DNA from: Camelus dromedarius
Lineage: Eukaryota
Length of the DNA stretch: 64,000 nt
Direction: 5' to 3'
NCBI RefSeq assembly: GCF_036321535.1
Contig: NC_087445.1
Location: 14,570,001-14,634,000 of the forward strand
Part shown: positions 23,189 to 35,727 of the stretch, one piece after another
Numbering within the stretch: position 1 is the stretch's first letter
Layout of the letters: each line of letters begins with the position of its first letter
The notes under the pieces: generated by a model
The model's database searches: none
Told to the model about the DNA's origin: nothing
What the model saw: the letters and a program-made list of their open reading frames with translations, nothing else
Translations under genes and position numbers: made by a program

Positions 23189-26100
23189 AAGAATTCAGTC
23201 TGTCAGCACCTGAGTGAGAAATGTATATATGTATCTATTTCCCTGATACTCTTTAAAGGTACTGGCTTCCTAGGTTTCCAGAGGTGCCCTGTCATGATTA
23301 AAAAGGGAAATAATCTGCTTCCTTAGTTAGGTATCCTTCTACATACACGCCCGTGTGTAAATGACCTGCTCACTCTTCTGTACTTGACTCTGGAGCCCCC
23401 ACGGCCGGTTCTGCCCACGCCTTTGACAGCAGTCTCGCCCCTTCACATGTGACCTTCGTTGTTGGAGCCTGAGTTTGAATTCCCAAAACTCCGCTTGCTG
23501 CCCATGTGACCCCTAGATACATTTTGTGTCCCGGTTTCTCCAGCGGAAAAACTGGGACCCTACCCATCTCAGAAAGATCAAAACGAGATGGAGAGATGAA
23601 ACGAGAAGGCTTATGCACCAGGCTCTGTAGTGAGAGCGCCAGCATGCGTGAATTTGTTTCCTCCTCAGAAAGTCCTGTGGATGAGGTTGGTTTCACCTCC
23701 AAGGCACTGACAGGTGATGTAACTGGTCCTGGTGAACATGTGATAGGATGTGATTGCAAGCAGGCTGGGTCCCAGATCCACACTCTTACTGTTGCACCTT
23801 CCTGCCTTTTCTGTAAAGAACCAGATTAGTGCCCGGCACGTGGTAGCTGTAACCACATGAACATTTTCTTCTCCTTCCACATCTGTTCTGTCTGTTCAAC
23901 TGTTAACTCTTATCTTCTTGCTTAGTAAAGTTTTACTTGTTTAATGGTTTGTATGTTTAACACATAAAGGCCACACGCACACAGCACGTAAGCCCTGGAA
24001 GTTCCTGATATCGCTGTGGGGCTTTGAATAGGATTGGTGGGGAATGGGGTCCCTGGTCATGTCGCCTCCCTGGGGAACTGCAGGAAGCACCCTGTTTCTG
24101 CCAGCTCTGCTCTGTGGTGAATGACATTACAGTGGCCCTTGAGTATCCCTGCCCTCTCACGGCACACTGGAGAACCACAGATCACCAGAAGTTCACATTT
24201 GTTAAGTTTTTATTGTGTTCTGGGAGGGAAAGCTTTAGGGAATTTTTGGTCTTGTCTTTTCTCAGCCCGGGTAGGAGCCAAGGAGCTATTTGTGTGAATC
24301 AGCTTGAAGGAACTCCTCGTGGGCCTTGATTTATTAGGTGGCTGTCTCCACCCTCAGTCACGGGAGTGAGGGTGGGAGACTTGAAGGTGGGGGGTGGTTG
24401 GTGTTGATCTTCTGAACAATATACGTGCTTTCCAGCTTCTGGGTGCAAAGAGTGAATCAGGCGCTGGGAACAGCTGGGAACATTAGTATCTGCGCAGCGT
24501 GTTATGGGGAGCCCGGGACTTTATGAGAAACCCTAGTAGAGAGAATTGATTTGATATCTTAAGCAATGGGTATCCCCCTAACTTTTTTGGCTTATTTTAT
24601 TACTCATTACATTTTAAGGGAACCTAGGCATTGACCTGGTACAAAGTGGCAGCAAAAATAGCAAATAATATTTACAGTGCTAGATACTGTACCAAACTGT
24701 GTCATTGCCCATTCGACCTCTGAAAAAGCTGAGGTTCAGGAAGATTAAAAAAAAAATGTGTTCAAGGTCATGGAGCAGGAATGAGGGGCATCAGAATTAT
24801 GAACCCAGGGCTTTCTTATCCCGAGGCTTCAGACTAGAAAACACCCACTCCTATGAGGTTATGCCCAGCCAGCTCTCACCAATTTCACATTACCTTCTTA
24901 TGGACTTGGAAGATTCTGGGGCAGTAGCTGAAAGGAAGAAGTCTTTAATTCCATCACAAATCAGGCAGTGCCATGAGGGGCCAGCTGGGGTGTGCTGCCT
25001 GAAGTGGCCATTCCACCCAGACCCCAGCTGTCGCGTCTGGCTTTGTTGGCATAGGCACTTGGCAGAATTCCAGGGACACTGAGCGTCACGTCTGATCCCA
25101 GGAAGTGCAGAAAGTGAGGCAGCTTCTCAGTTGTTTGGCAGGGATAGACTGGTAGCCCCGGGACTCCAGGGAAGAGGTGCACACCCTTTAGCCAGTCCTT
25201 GGGTCAACCTGGGTTGGGGAGGGAACCCTAAGAGGAGACAGCCATCTATTTCTGTGGGAAATAGAGTCTCAGAAGCACAGACTGTTAGGTCTGGAAGGAC
25301 CTTAGCTATCACCCAGTTTTGTTGAGTGAAATCTACATGAACTTGAACGTGACATCAGTGGAGAGATGGAAGAGATCCCTTGTTCCTCTCGCTAGTTTAG
25401 CAGTGAGGGATTGGGACACACTGATCTCAGCCACACCTCGTGTATGGGAGGAGCCTGCAACCTACAGAGGTTAATCGAGCTTCTCCAAAGGTCACCCTGA
25501 TCGGTCATGAGCCTGATGAGAGGTTGTGGCTTGGCTTTCCCAGGTAATCTCTGGGTCTAAAAAGTGACATTGGTGCTGCCTCATCTCACCCTCAGGTTAA
25601 ATTGAGCTTCTTAGGCAGAGCAAAAAAGTCCCAGTTATCTCTGACTGGTTGAACCCACACAGGCTGTTGCAACTCTCTCTTGTGTGTTTTAACCACCTTT
25701 AACTCACATAACCTGTGAGTTTAATCGCCTTTCTGCTCTGGGCTCTCCTAAGGCTGAGATGACCCAGAGGAAGGAAATAGAACATATTTGGTTGAGAAAG
25801 TCTCAGTGCTAAAGCTGGCCTCCAGACCTTGTAGCTGGTGAGGGTTTGGACAAGGTACAGCGGGTGTCCCAGCCTTTCCCAGAAAGGGGTGGACAGGCTC
25901 TGTTGAATTAGCACATCAGGAGTTTCACTGGGGTTAATGTTTTAACCATGTGTCAACATACTTAATGCCATTTTGTTTGAACATTCCACCACCAACTAAA
26001 ACCCTTTTTAACGAGCAAGTTTTGTTTTGGTTTGTTTTTGAATGAAGGAAATGGCAGTGGGAATGACCTGGGGGCACTTACACTGTGTTGAAAAGTTTAA

Positions 26101-27714
26101 ATTTTAAAAATCGAATATGATACATTTAGACCAAAGAAACGTCTAGACTGTATATACCTTGAGAGCTTTGCAACATTTGGAATTCTTATAGTGCTTTCAA
26201 GGACTGAGAGTCTGTTTCACTCTCTTGGTGCTTTCTGTGCTGTGGAGTTTTTGTGATTTGGAGGATTAGCTGCTGGTGGGTTTTATACAGAACCTGCCTT
26301 GGACTGGATGGCTTTGGATCAGGTCACATTTGGTGCCTTCTCCTCCTCTGTTCAGGAGTAAAGACCTAATGCCAGCCTGCCTGGGCTCGCAGCCCAACTC
26401 CTTCACCTCCTTGTGATGTGACCTTGGGCAGGAAACTTAATCTTCCTCCCCTGTGAAGTAGGCACGACTCGTGGGGTAGTTGTGAGGACTTCGTGAGGTA
26501 ATGCACCAGCCCTGGACCAAAGTAAACACTCAACAGTTGGTACTGTTGTCGCTGTTCACGGCAGCACCGACACTGACACCACACAGCCAGCCCTCTCTTA
26601 TACTATAATCGCTATGGTCATAGGCTCTCAGAGTTAAAAGAGACCCCAGTGAGTCCCAAAAGCTGCTTTAGAATACCCAAAGGTGCTTTTAAAAATTAGC
26701 TATTCCCAAGCTGCCCCCGAGACCTAGGGATTCAGAAGGGAGACTGGGAATCTGCCCTGTTAACAAACGCGGGTGATGGTCATATGCTACCTGTGGTGGA
26801 AACCACCTTCTCTCGCCTGGACCTCCTCACTAACAACACTAGCAAGCGACCTCTACCTGAACACCTCCCGGCATGGGCAACTCACTACCACCAGAGACAG
26901 TGAATCCCACTTTTGGACACCTCCGTCAGTACAACAGTGTGTCCTCCCACTGCCCTAAAGAAGGAGAGGACTGCCTCTGGCTAGAAGTCAGAAAGGAATG
27001 GGCTTGAGTTCCACACCAGCACTTGTTAGCTTTGGGGCTCTGGGCCAGTGGTGTGCTATTTTCCTCTCCCTTTCATCTTCCAAATGACAGTATTTGAACC
27101 TGATCTTTCCAGTCTTCTCCTAACCTCCCGACCTTAGTTTCCCGTGTTACTTTAGCCAGGTGACCAGGCTCTGCCCCTCCCTAGTCAGATAATACCCACA
27201 AGGGCCCATGGTTCCCCAGGTGTGGTTCTGGGTCAGGGAGTGAAACAGGGTTGGCAGGGGCTAGAAGAGTGGACCAGAAAACCAGAGAGTGAGCAGGGCG
27301 AGTGGGAAACAGACACTGGCACACCCAGTCCCCAGCCCTCACCCCCAGTCATTCAGCTGAGCTGACCTGTGGTTCTGATGCTTCTAGAACTAAACCCTGG
27401 CTGTGTCATCACCCGAGCCACATCCTCTGGGGTAGTGAGCAGGAAACAGTTCAGGTCAGGACCAGCTCTCCTTCCTGTTCAGTTTTCCAGATGCTGAGAC
27501 CAGAGCTTACTGGAATTTGGGCTGTACCCCTTTACCTACGCCCAGATGCTCAGTCCATCCCCATGACCTCAGCCCCGCTCCAGCTCAGATGCACGGTGTC
27601 CTGATACCAACAATGCCTGGTTCGTTCCCAGCCACGCACCTGGTCTTCCTAGTCTAGAAGCAAGGACTCTTCTCCCCAGTGTGTGGGTTAGAAAGAGAAA
27701 AGCAAAGGTTTTGA

Positions 27715-27880
27715 AATCTGAGCTCTGAAGATCCTTATTACTGTATGTCTTCAGAAAATGTAACCTCTCTTGAGCTTCAGTTCCTTCATCTGTAAAATTG
27801 GGGTGCAAGTCATACCTGCCTCACCGGATTGCAGGGAGGACTAGATGGCACGTGTATACAAACACTTAATATAGACTAAG
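27715..27880 (+). mobile_element. MIR
   Basis: aacctctcttgagcttcagttccttcatctgtaaaattgggg. Confidence 0.6.
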
Positions 27881-28221
27881 TGATTGATACGTATTGGCTT
27901 CTTGGGAGGAGGAGGTACGACTGAATGATTGATTTCTCACCCCGCCTCTGCTTGTATGAGGCAACCAAAGGCTGTGGCTGCCCATCAGTCCCCCTGTCCA
28001 GTCCCCTGTGAGGGACCTCGGAACCAAATGAAAACGTGGCCATCAGCACATCTGTAAAGTTGACCAGTCCTGTTCTGAGGCAAATCTAAATAGCACATCA
28101 GGGGGAGTTTGAACTTTACAGAGGAAATGTGGAAGTCTTAGAGAATATTTCTTGCTTTCTTACACTTTTATAGGGCACAGTTCAGTGTTGCCTTTCAGCT
28201 CCATAAAGTTTCAGTTTAGCC

Positions 28222-28391
28222 TAGAAAGTGTGGTCTGAGTGATTTCGTGACCATCGCCTGGAAACTTATTAGAAGTACGAAACATTGGGAGTACCTCGGA
28301 CCCCGCCCCCAAACCCACACTGGGGTGCAGCCCAGTAATCTGTGTTTTAACAAGCCCTCCAGGTGCCTCTCATGGCTCCCGTTAGAGAACG
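28222..28391 (-). mobile_element. MER5A-like
   Basis: cccagtaatctgtgttttaacaagccctccaggtg. Confidence 0.7.
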
Positions 28392-28729
28392 TTTTTCTAG
28401 GTGTTCATGGGGTCCCCCTCCTGCTGCCCCTCCTCCCACCCCTGCAGTTTTCAGATCCAGATGACCCAGCCTGTGTCTCCAGCCATACATTTTCAGCACT
28501 TCGGCAATCTGAGGACAGCTCCTGGGAGAAGGATTTATGGTCTCATCCTGGGAGACTCATTCGTTGATGCCAACAGCAGGTGTAACCTAAATCCAAGTCT
28601 ATACTAGAGTCGAGTCAGGGAACAAACACCTGTTTGGGAAGTTCAACCTCCAGGTCAGCTGGCTTTCTCCACTTCCAAAGCTTCCTTCCTGACCTGCTGA
28701 CCACTCTCATGGTTTCTCTGATGGGTACA

Positions 28730-28960
28730 GATAATAGCAAACATTCATCAAGCTTTACCTACGTTGGAAAATACCTTTCTTTCTTTTTTTTTTTTAATTT
28801 AATCCTCACAGCAGTCCAGTGAGGTCAGTACTATTAATACCATCCCCACTTCCTACATTGTGAGCTGAGCCTCAGAGAGGCGAATTCACTTGCCCAAGAT
28901 CATGTGTCTAGCAAGTGGCAGGTAAGAGACTTAGACTCCAGTCTGTCTGAAACCAGATTC
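28730..28960 (-). mobile_element. MIR
   Basis: tttaatcctcacagcagtccagtgagg...cacttgcccaagatcatg. Confidence 0.6.
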
Positions 28961-29045
28961 AGTGAATCTTCAACAAGCCTCCCTGTTTGGTTAAGTAGAC
29001 TGTGCATCCCTGAGCCAGGAATACTCACACAGGAATATTCTAGGC

Positions 29046-29234
29046 CAGCGGTCTTTAAACTTCAGCAGGGATCAGGATTATCTGGAGAGCATCTTAAAAC
29101 ACAGGTGGCTGAGCCCTAGTCCCAAAGATTCAGATTTAATGTCTTGAAGTTGGGGCCTGGGGATTTGCATTTTTAACAAGTTCCCAGAAGTGGCTGGTGC
29201 TTCTGGTCCAGGGACCACAAATTAAGAATCACCG
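29046..29234 (+). mobile_element. MER5A
   Basis: cagcggtctttaaactt...ttgcattttaacaagttcccag...agggaccaca; TSD ttctaggc / ctctaggc. Confidence 0.82.
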
Positions 29235-29242
29235 CTCTAGGC

Positions 29243-29388
29243 CAGTGTTTCTTGACCAGGGTTGCACATTAGAATCATCTGGAGAATTTCAGATTGAAAT
29301 GCTCTAATGTGAGATATGATCATTCTTTTTTTTTTTTTAATATGCTCTCCAGATAATTCTAATGTGCAGTCAGAGTTGGGAACCAGTG
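29243..29388. mobile_element. MER5B-like MITE abutting MER5A
   Basis: cagtgtttcttgaccagggttgcacattagaatcatctggag...ctccagataattctaatgtgcagtcagagttgggaaccagtg; internally palindromic. Confidence 0.7.
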
Positions 29389-29719
29389 CTGTACTCAAAG
29401 GAAGACTGCTAATTGCTGTTTACAGCTTTAGTTCTTCATCCTGTGTCGGTCCTTCTCCCACGGAGGCATTCACACTGCCAGGGACCTCAGTGGCGTACCA
29501 GGGAATGCCAACACTGCAGGATACATAGAGCCCATTAATTTTATTTCAACATTTGGGAACATGTTAATTTTCTCTATGAAACAAATCTACTACAGAATCA
29601 AGTGCAAAATGTGCATGAACCATTAGTGTGAACTATGGGGTTAAATCTACTCCCAAGAATCCAACCAAGGAAAATTGTCTGAGACCAAATGCCAAAGATA
29701 TGCTCAAGGAAGGGTCACT

Positions 29720-30020
29720 CAGACATTATTTTGTTTTGGTGATTGTTAAATCTGTGTCATGGGTATATGACAATTCATTGTTCAAAAAGTATTTAATACT
29801 TGTGATATTATGTTAAAATGCAAAGAGGAGAAAACAAACAATGCATAGTTTGATTCTAATTTTGCTTTTAGCAACTATATACTCTATATATGCAAAGAAA
29901 AAACACACCAAAATATTACCAGTGGTGATTTCTTGGTGGGATTATGGATGATAATGATATTTTTACTTGACAGCATTTTCTGATTTTTTAAACAACATTA
30001 CTTTTATGATCAGAGTAAAA
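29720..30020 (+). mobile_element. Ancient L1ME-type 3' fragment
   Basis: aaaacacaccaaaatattaccagtggtgatttcttggtgggattatgg...cattacttttatgatcag. Confidence 0.55.
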
Positions 30021-30879
30021 GAAGTTAGTCAGTCACCTACTTTTATAAATATGTATTCCCAAATACCTGTCTGAAATACAAATCATAGGTTTATAAGTTA
30101 GAAGTTTTTTTCAGAGAACTAGAAAATGTTTAGGAGTTGCTAATTACTGTCCCAAAGAGTGGCAGTGCCTTGGGGCCTTGGACATGTGAGAACCTCCCTA
30201 GGGACCAAGGAGAGGTGGTGCTGGCAAGAAGACACTTGCTCTGCAAGGTAGTCACAGGGGTAGATAGTGGGGGGCCCTAAGGGCCTCTCAGGATGCATGA
30301 GGGGGTGCAGGTGGGGCTTTTGCTCTTTCCTCCAGTGACAGCCGGCTGACCGTGCTTCTGTGTGACATCACCAAAGCATCACAGTACCGGTTAATGTATA
30401 ATAGACCCAACGCGCCCCGCCAAAGAGAGTTTAGCAGTGTCCGCAGGCAGTAAGAAAGTCAACCCTATGTAACATGAGGACCACCTAGGAAAGTTAACAA
30501 AGACAAGATGTAGGGTTGCAAAACACCAAACCCATTTGCCTCCACCACCCCCACGAGTCTATGCATGTGCCCCTGGGGTTGCCTTCGGAAAACAAGCAAA
30601 TGGTGCCTTCCGCACTTTTGTGTCAGATGGAGCACTTTAGAAAGAGGACCGTCCCATTGCAGTGCTCAGAGAGGCCTGGACGGAAGATGAAATCTGGAAG
30701 TGTGAGGTACTCAGGGATGGTGTTCCTAGGGTAATGATTTTCCAATATAGCCAATAGATATTTTCTATGTAACCAAGCCTTACCCGGCCTCACAAAACAA
30801 AGCAAAACAAAACAGGGCTTCCACACAAAGAAACACAACATTTTCTTTAAACTGTCTCAGCTGGCAGAATAAATGAATG

Positions 30880-31143
30880 AAATGAGTGGGGCTGCCCAGG
30901 GAAGGACAGCATCTCCTGTTTGCAGGGAGCAGACATCACTTAGCTCTTGCCACATGAGAATTTCAGTCCACTTGTGCCATTTCTTTTGAGTTTTCCCAAG
31001 AGCAGCCAGAATCCTTGATCTTTCTTTTATAGTTCCCAATTTCTAAATGTTGGCAGCATTTCAAAAACACTAAAACACTACGTAGTCCAAAGAAAACATG
31101 CCTGCTGGTGAACGTGCCCCGCGGCCGTCAATTTCTCACTCTG
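30880..31143 (-). mobile_element. MER102-like (hAT-Charlie)
   Basis: ttctaaatgttggcagcatttcaaaaacac...aaaacatgcctgctgg is the reverse complement of the recalled MER102 5' region. Confidence 0.6.
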
Positions 31144-31331
31144 CTTCAGAATCTCCAGTCCTAGAGCGGCAATGGCTTTAGTCGTCTGCTTCCCCTTCCC
31201 ACCCACCTCCACCAAATTCCTAAGGACAAATATCGTAAACTTTCAGACTGTTTTCCTCAAAAGTCACATTTTACTGAATGCCTTAAAATTGGCTGATGGC
31301 CTCACAATAATTTATTTCAGTTGAGCATTTT

Positions 31332-31370
31332 ATTTTAACTTTTTTTATTGATTTATAATCATTTTACAAT
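31332..31370 (-). mobile_element. 39-bp ultra-truncated L1 3' terminus with 14-bp TSD
   Basis: TSD cagttgagcatttt at 31318-31331 and 31371-31384. The 24 nt at 31347-31370 are identical to the L1 end at 32367-32390. Confidence 0.85.
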
Positions 31371-32328
31371 CAGTTGAGCATTTTTAAAAGCTACTGAGGG
31401 TACTTTCCTGAAGATAAGGTTAATTTTAAAAAATAATTTTAAAGGAATTACAGAGCTAGAGGGTGTATTATTTGAGAAAGGTATGCTTTGGAGTGGGATG
31501 GATCTGGGTTGACATTCCAGCCCCATCACCTGGTACCTTGTCACTTGGGCATATAGGTGATTCCCATTTTCTCATCTGCGAAGTGGGGGGAACAACTCCT
31601 GAGTTTGTAGGCTTGTTTGTTTTGGATAATAAATGATATTAATATATGTTAATATCTGGGGCCATCAAGTAAGTTCTCAGGAAATGTAAGCTTCTCTTAG
31701 GAGCCAATGTAATTGAAACTTGTAATTGCAAATGTTGTAAAATAGTCTCACGAAGCTTTTCCATATTTACTTTTAGAATCTTTAAAATTCACTTTCTTCA
31801 GAAGTAAATGATGATGTTAACCTTGGTTACCTGGCCGGCGTAGTATCTGCAGATTTCTCCATTTCCAAGTTATCCTTTTCACCTCCCTTTCCTTACTGCA
31901 CCCTTTGGAAGTAAGTAACCAGCCTACCCCACAGGCAAGGCTAGGGAAGGGCACTCCACCTCCTTCAGGGGAAAGTATCTACATAAATTATTTGAAATTC
32001 TGCTGTATAGGGGTTTTGTCCTTTTCCCCATTTATTTAAGCAATCATTTATTTATATCAGTCTGGATTCGTGGGTACTTATTTCATACCTTGGGTTGTAA
32101 TCTAACACTACTTCACTAATTGTTTGCCCAAATTCTAGCTTTAGCCATTAAGGGGCTCTTTCAGATTGGCTCCAGTGCCCTTTGGACACACCCCCATTGT
32201 TGTTTTTTCATTGAGGACTCCCTTTCTTTCTGTTCCCCACGGTCTCTTATATCTCCTGCCCCAGGCCTAGAATTATCTATTTCTCCAAGAAGCCCTAATC
32301 CCCTTTATTATTTTTTTTTTAGAAAATT

Positions 32329-32366
<38 letters not shown>

Positions 32367-32762
32367 ATTGATTTATAATCATTTTACAATGTTGTGTCAA
32401 ATTCCAATGTAGAGCACAATTTTTCAGTTATACATGAACATGTATATATTCATTGTCACATTTTTTCTCTGTGAGGTACCATAAGATCTTGTATATATTT
32501 CCCTGTGCTATACAATATAATCTTGTTTATCTATTCTACTATTTTGAAATCCCAGTCTATCTCTTCCCACCCCCCACCCCCTTGGCAACCACAAGTTTAT
32601 ATTGTATGTCTGTGAGTCTATTTCTGTTTTGTATTTATGATTTGTTTGTTTGTTTTTTTCAGATTCCACATATGAGTGGTCTCATATGGTATTTTTCTTT
32701 CTCTTTCTGTCTTACTTTACTTAGAATGACATTCTCCAGGAGCATCCATGTTGCTGCAAATG

Positions 32763-32919
32763 NNNNNNNNNNNNNNNNNNNNNNNNNNNNNNNNNNNNNN
32801 NNNNNNNNNNNNNNNNNNNNNNNNNNNNNNNNNNNNNNNNNNNNNNNNNNNNNNNNNNNNNNNNNNNNNNNNNNNNNNNNNNNNNNNNNNNNNNNNNNNN
32901 NNNNNNNNNNNNNNNNNNN
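32763..32919. other. N gap (157 nt)
   Basis: Lies inside the young L1. Confidence 0.98.
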
Positions 32920-32980
32920 CTGAAGTAGGGTTCCTTCTGGATATATGCTCAGGAGCAGGATTCCTGGGTCATATGGTAAG

Positions 32981-33114
32981 NNNNNNNNNNNNNNNNNNNN
33001 NNNNNNNNNNNNNNNNNNNNNNNNNNNNNNNNNNNNNNNNNNNNNNNNNNNNNNNNNNNNNNNNNNNNNNNNNNNNNNNNNNNNNNNNNNNNNNNNNNNN
33101 NNNNNNNNNNNNNN
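32981..33114. other. N gap (134 nt)
   Basis: Lies at the 5' junction of the young L1. Confidence 0.98.
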
Positions 33115-33319
33115 CTTTATTGAAGAATGGTATTCCACACCTGAATGTTGCATGTGCTCATTGCTACCAAAGTATTTTTTTAATTTAAAAAAAATTTAAC
33201 TTTTTTAAATGTAGTTTTTAAAAATTAAGCTATCATCTTATAGAGAGTCAACTTTTCCAGGCTGAGGTAACTATGTAAAATAAATTACATTGATAAATAA
33301 AATGTCTTTAAAATATTTT

Positions 33320-33595
33320 TTTCAATGTTTTTGAACTACTAACATTTAACTGTGAAGAGATTTCACATTAGAATCTAGACTACTGGATTCTCTTGAAAGA
33401 CCAGAAGTTCTGGCAATCCTGGACCCATATTCCTGCGCAATACAAAGAGCTAAAGCTGAGAGGCAATTTTTCTTTCCTGCAGGAAGCACTCCCCATGTTG
33501 TCACAGTTCACACCACTCCCTATTGTATTGCAGCCAGTCTACATTTTTATGTTCCTTTCTGACCCTTGAAAGTATTTGAATATGTGATTCCTGGT
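33320..33595 (+). mobile_element. MER102-like
   Basis: ctaacatttaac...gagatttcacattagaatctagac...tctcttgaaagaccagaagttctggcaatcctggaccc. Confidence 0.65.
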
Positions 33596-34491
33596 TCCGA
33601 CCATATTCATATACGTAATTTATAGATACATAGTTTAGTCAGTAAATTTAGCTCTACTTTGACCCAGTGATCAGATTTTAGAGCTATATTTCTGGTTTCA
33701 TCCCTACCCCACCAACTTACCTTCATTGGATCTTACATGCCAGTGAAATGACTTGCATTTTGTGCTCTGTCCCTGCCTAACCCTTCCAGCACAGGTGGAA
33801 AGAGTCATCTGCCTCCACTTACATCCTCCTCAGCCTCATGCATGGTGGGTCTTTGCATGCAGGGTCTTCCCTGTACTTCCTTGGCAAATTTTCCTTTCTT
33901 AGACCCTTTCTGTGTGGAGAAGATCAAGACAGAATTATATTCATGCCTCAGATTAATTCTTTCCTGCTCACTGTTCCCTTTGGGCTCTGCAGAGCACCCC
34001 TCAAGTTGGGTTCCAATCTTTGTTCTTTCTGGATCCACCCCTCACTTTCTCAAGAGGATGGATTACTTTTGCTACTTCACCCTCACCCCTCTCTCCCCCA
34101 ATCATGTATCTCAGGATCATTTGTTTGTCAGTCAATCCTGGCTTATTTCCATCTTTAATAACTCTGGAAAACTACCTGTCTGACACATTTCTATTTAGAT
34201 GAAAATAGGCACTTTGAGGAGGTGCTTCTTTCCCAGTAAGAGTGAAAACCTAATAGAAAGATGCACCTGAGATCTGCCAGGTGTGGAAAGATAAATGTGT
34301 GTTCATTTTCACTGCAGGCTTCTGGACTTGGACATGACCAGGTTAAACAGGGGCCTATAGCAGTTCTCTGGGAAATCTTTCCAAAGAACAATGATTTTCA
34401 GTCTGTGATTCAAGGGCCACTGCCTGGGGATAGAAAAGGAAGGGGAACTCAAGCAGGCAAAGCTCTTCACCATCCCCACATTATTAAATGG

Positions 34492-35220
34492 TCATTGATT
34501 CACTTATTCATTCAACAAATACTTATTGACAACCACTGTATTCTGGTTGCATTTAGTGCCAAGGGTATAACTGTGAACAACAAAGTGACATTCCTTGACA
34601 TTACAAAATTTTTTCATTCCAATGGGAGACAAAAAAAGGACAATTACAAGACAGTGTTGTAAGTGTTATCATGGGAGAAGTACAGGTTATTATGATGTGC
34701 CTGACTAGACAGGGGTGAGGTGGGCAAGGACATGCTGGAAGAAGTGATAACTGATTTGAGGCTCGAATAACAAGTGGGAGTTAGCCAGACTAAAAGGGGA
34801 GTCTGAGGAAGAGGGTTTCCAGCTGCCAGCTCTCCAGTGTGGCAATACTCAGCCATGAGTGAATGAGTGGATCTTAGCTCTGAAGAGCTGGAGTGTTGTA
34901 TGCAAGTTGGGAGGATCCAGAGGTCATAACGGAGATTTGCACGTGGATGAAACCAGGCAGGGTCTTGCCCTCCCAGTTGGTACCTCTGATTTTATCTTGA
35001 AGTAATAAGAAGCTGCTTTAATGTTTTATGCAGAAAAAAAAGACATTGTGGTTAGAGTTGCATTTCAGGAAGATCCTCCACATGCTCAGTGGAGACTGAA
35101 GAAACCCAAGAGTAGAGGAAGGAAACTCCACTAAGGAAGAGCTATAGCAAACCAGGCAGGAGGTGAAGGTGGCTGGAGCTGGGGAAGTGGCAGTGGGGCT
35201 GGAGAGAAGTTTAGAGATTA
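34492..35220 (-). mobile_element. L2 fragment
   Basis: cattcaacaaatacttattga tail, followed by L2 body text. Confidence 0.7.
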
Positions 35221-35244
35221 GAACTATTCAGACAAGACTTGGTA

Positions 35245-35727
35245 TTGTGTGTGTGTGTGTGTGTATGGTATTTTTTGTATTTTATTAAATTAAACTATCG
35301 ATTTACAGTATTGTGTTAGTTTCAGGTGTACAGCTTCAGATTCTTTTCCATTTTAGGTTATTCCAGCGTATTGAATGTAGTTCCCTGTGCTATACAGTAA
35401 AATCCTTGTTTATTTTACATATGGTAGTGTGTATCTGTTAATCCCAAATTCCTAATTTATCTCTCCACCCTCTCTTTCCCCTTTCATAGCCATAAGTTTG
35501 TTTTCTATGTCAGTATGTCTATTTCTGTTTTTTAAATAAATTCATTTGTATTATTTTTTAGATTCCACATGTAAGTGACATCATATAATATTTATCTTTC
35601 TCTGTCTGACTTACTTCACTTAGTCTGGTAATCTCTAGGTCCATCCATGTTGCTGCAAATGGCATTATTTCATTCTTTTTTATGACTGAGAAATAATTCC
35701 GTCGTGTATATGTATATATACCACATC
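35245..35727 (-). mobile_element. Young L1 3' fragment with 17-bp TSD and (TG)n in the tail
   Basis: Perfect TSD tcagacaagacttggta at 35228-35244 and 35728-35744; ORF 35558..35761 carries the L1 ORF2 C-terminal FAATWMDLE motif. Confidence 0.92.

Larger units (their letters stand above)
32310..33114 (-). mobile_element. Young (camelid-type) L1 3' fragment containing two N gaps
   Basis: (TTTA)n tail, then ttgatttataatcattttacaatgttgtgtc...cagattccacatatgagtg...catccatgttgctgcaaatg; the minus-strand ORF shows the L1 ORF2 C-terminal FAATWMLLENVILS motif. Confidence 0.9.
31800..33170 (-). mobile_element. Old L1MC-type fragment interrupted by a younger L1
   Basis: The rejoined flanks (atttctccaagaagccctaatcccctttatt|gaagaatggtatt...gtgctcattgctacc) resemble the recalled L1MC 3' region. 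Confidence 0.6.

Noticed and set aside
25489-25503. Near-ERE AGGTCAcccTGATCG
   Set aside because: Two mismatches in one half-site; expected by chance in 64 kb.
32453-33199. Long ORFs spanning N runs (also 36598-36961 and 42462-43018)
   Set aside because: Artefacts of X-translated gaps; the real residues are only L1 ORF2 C-terminal remnants.
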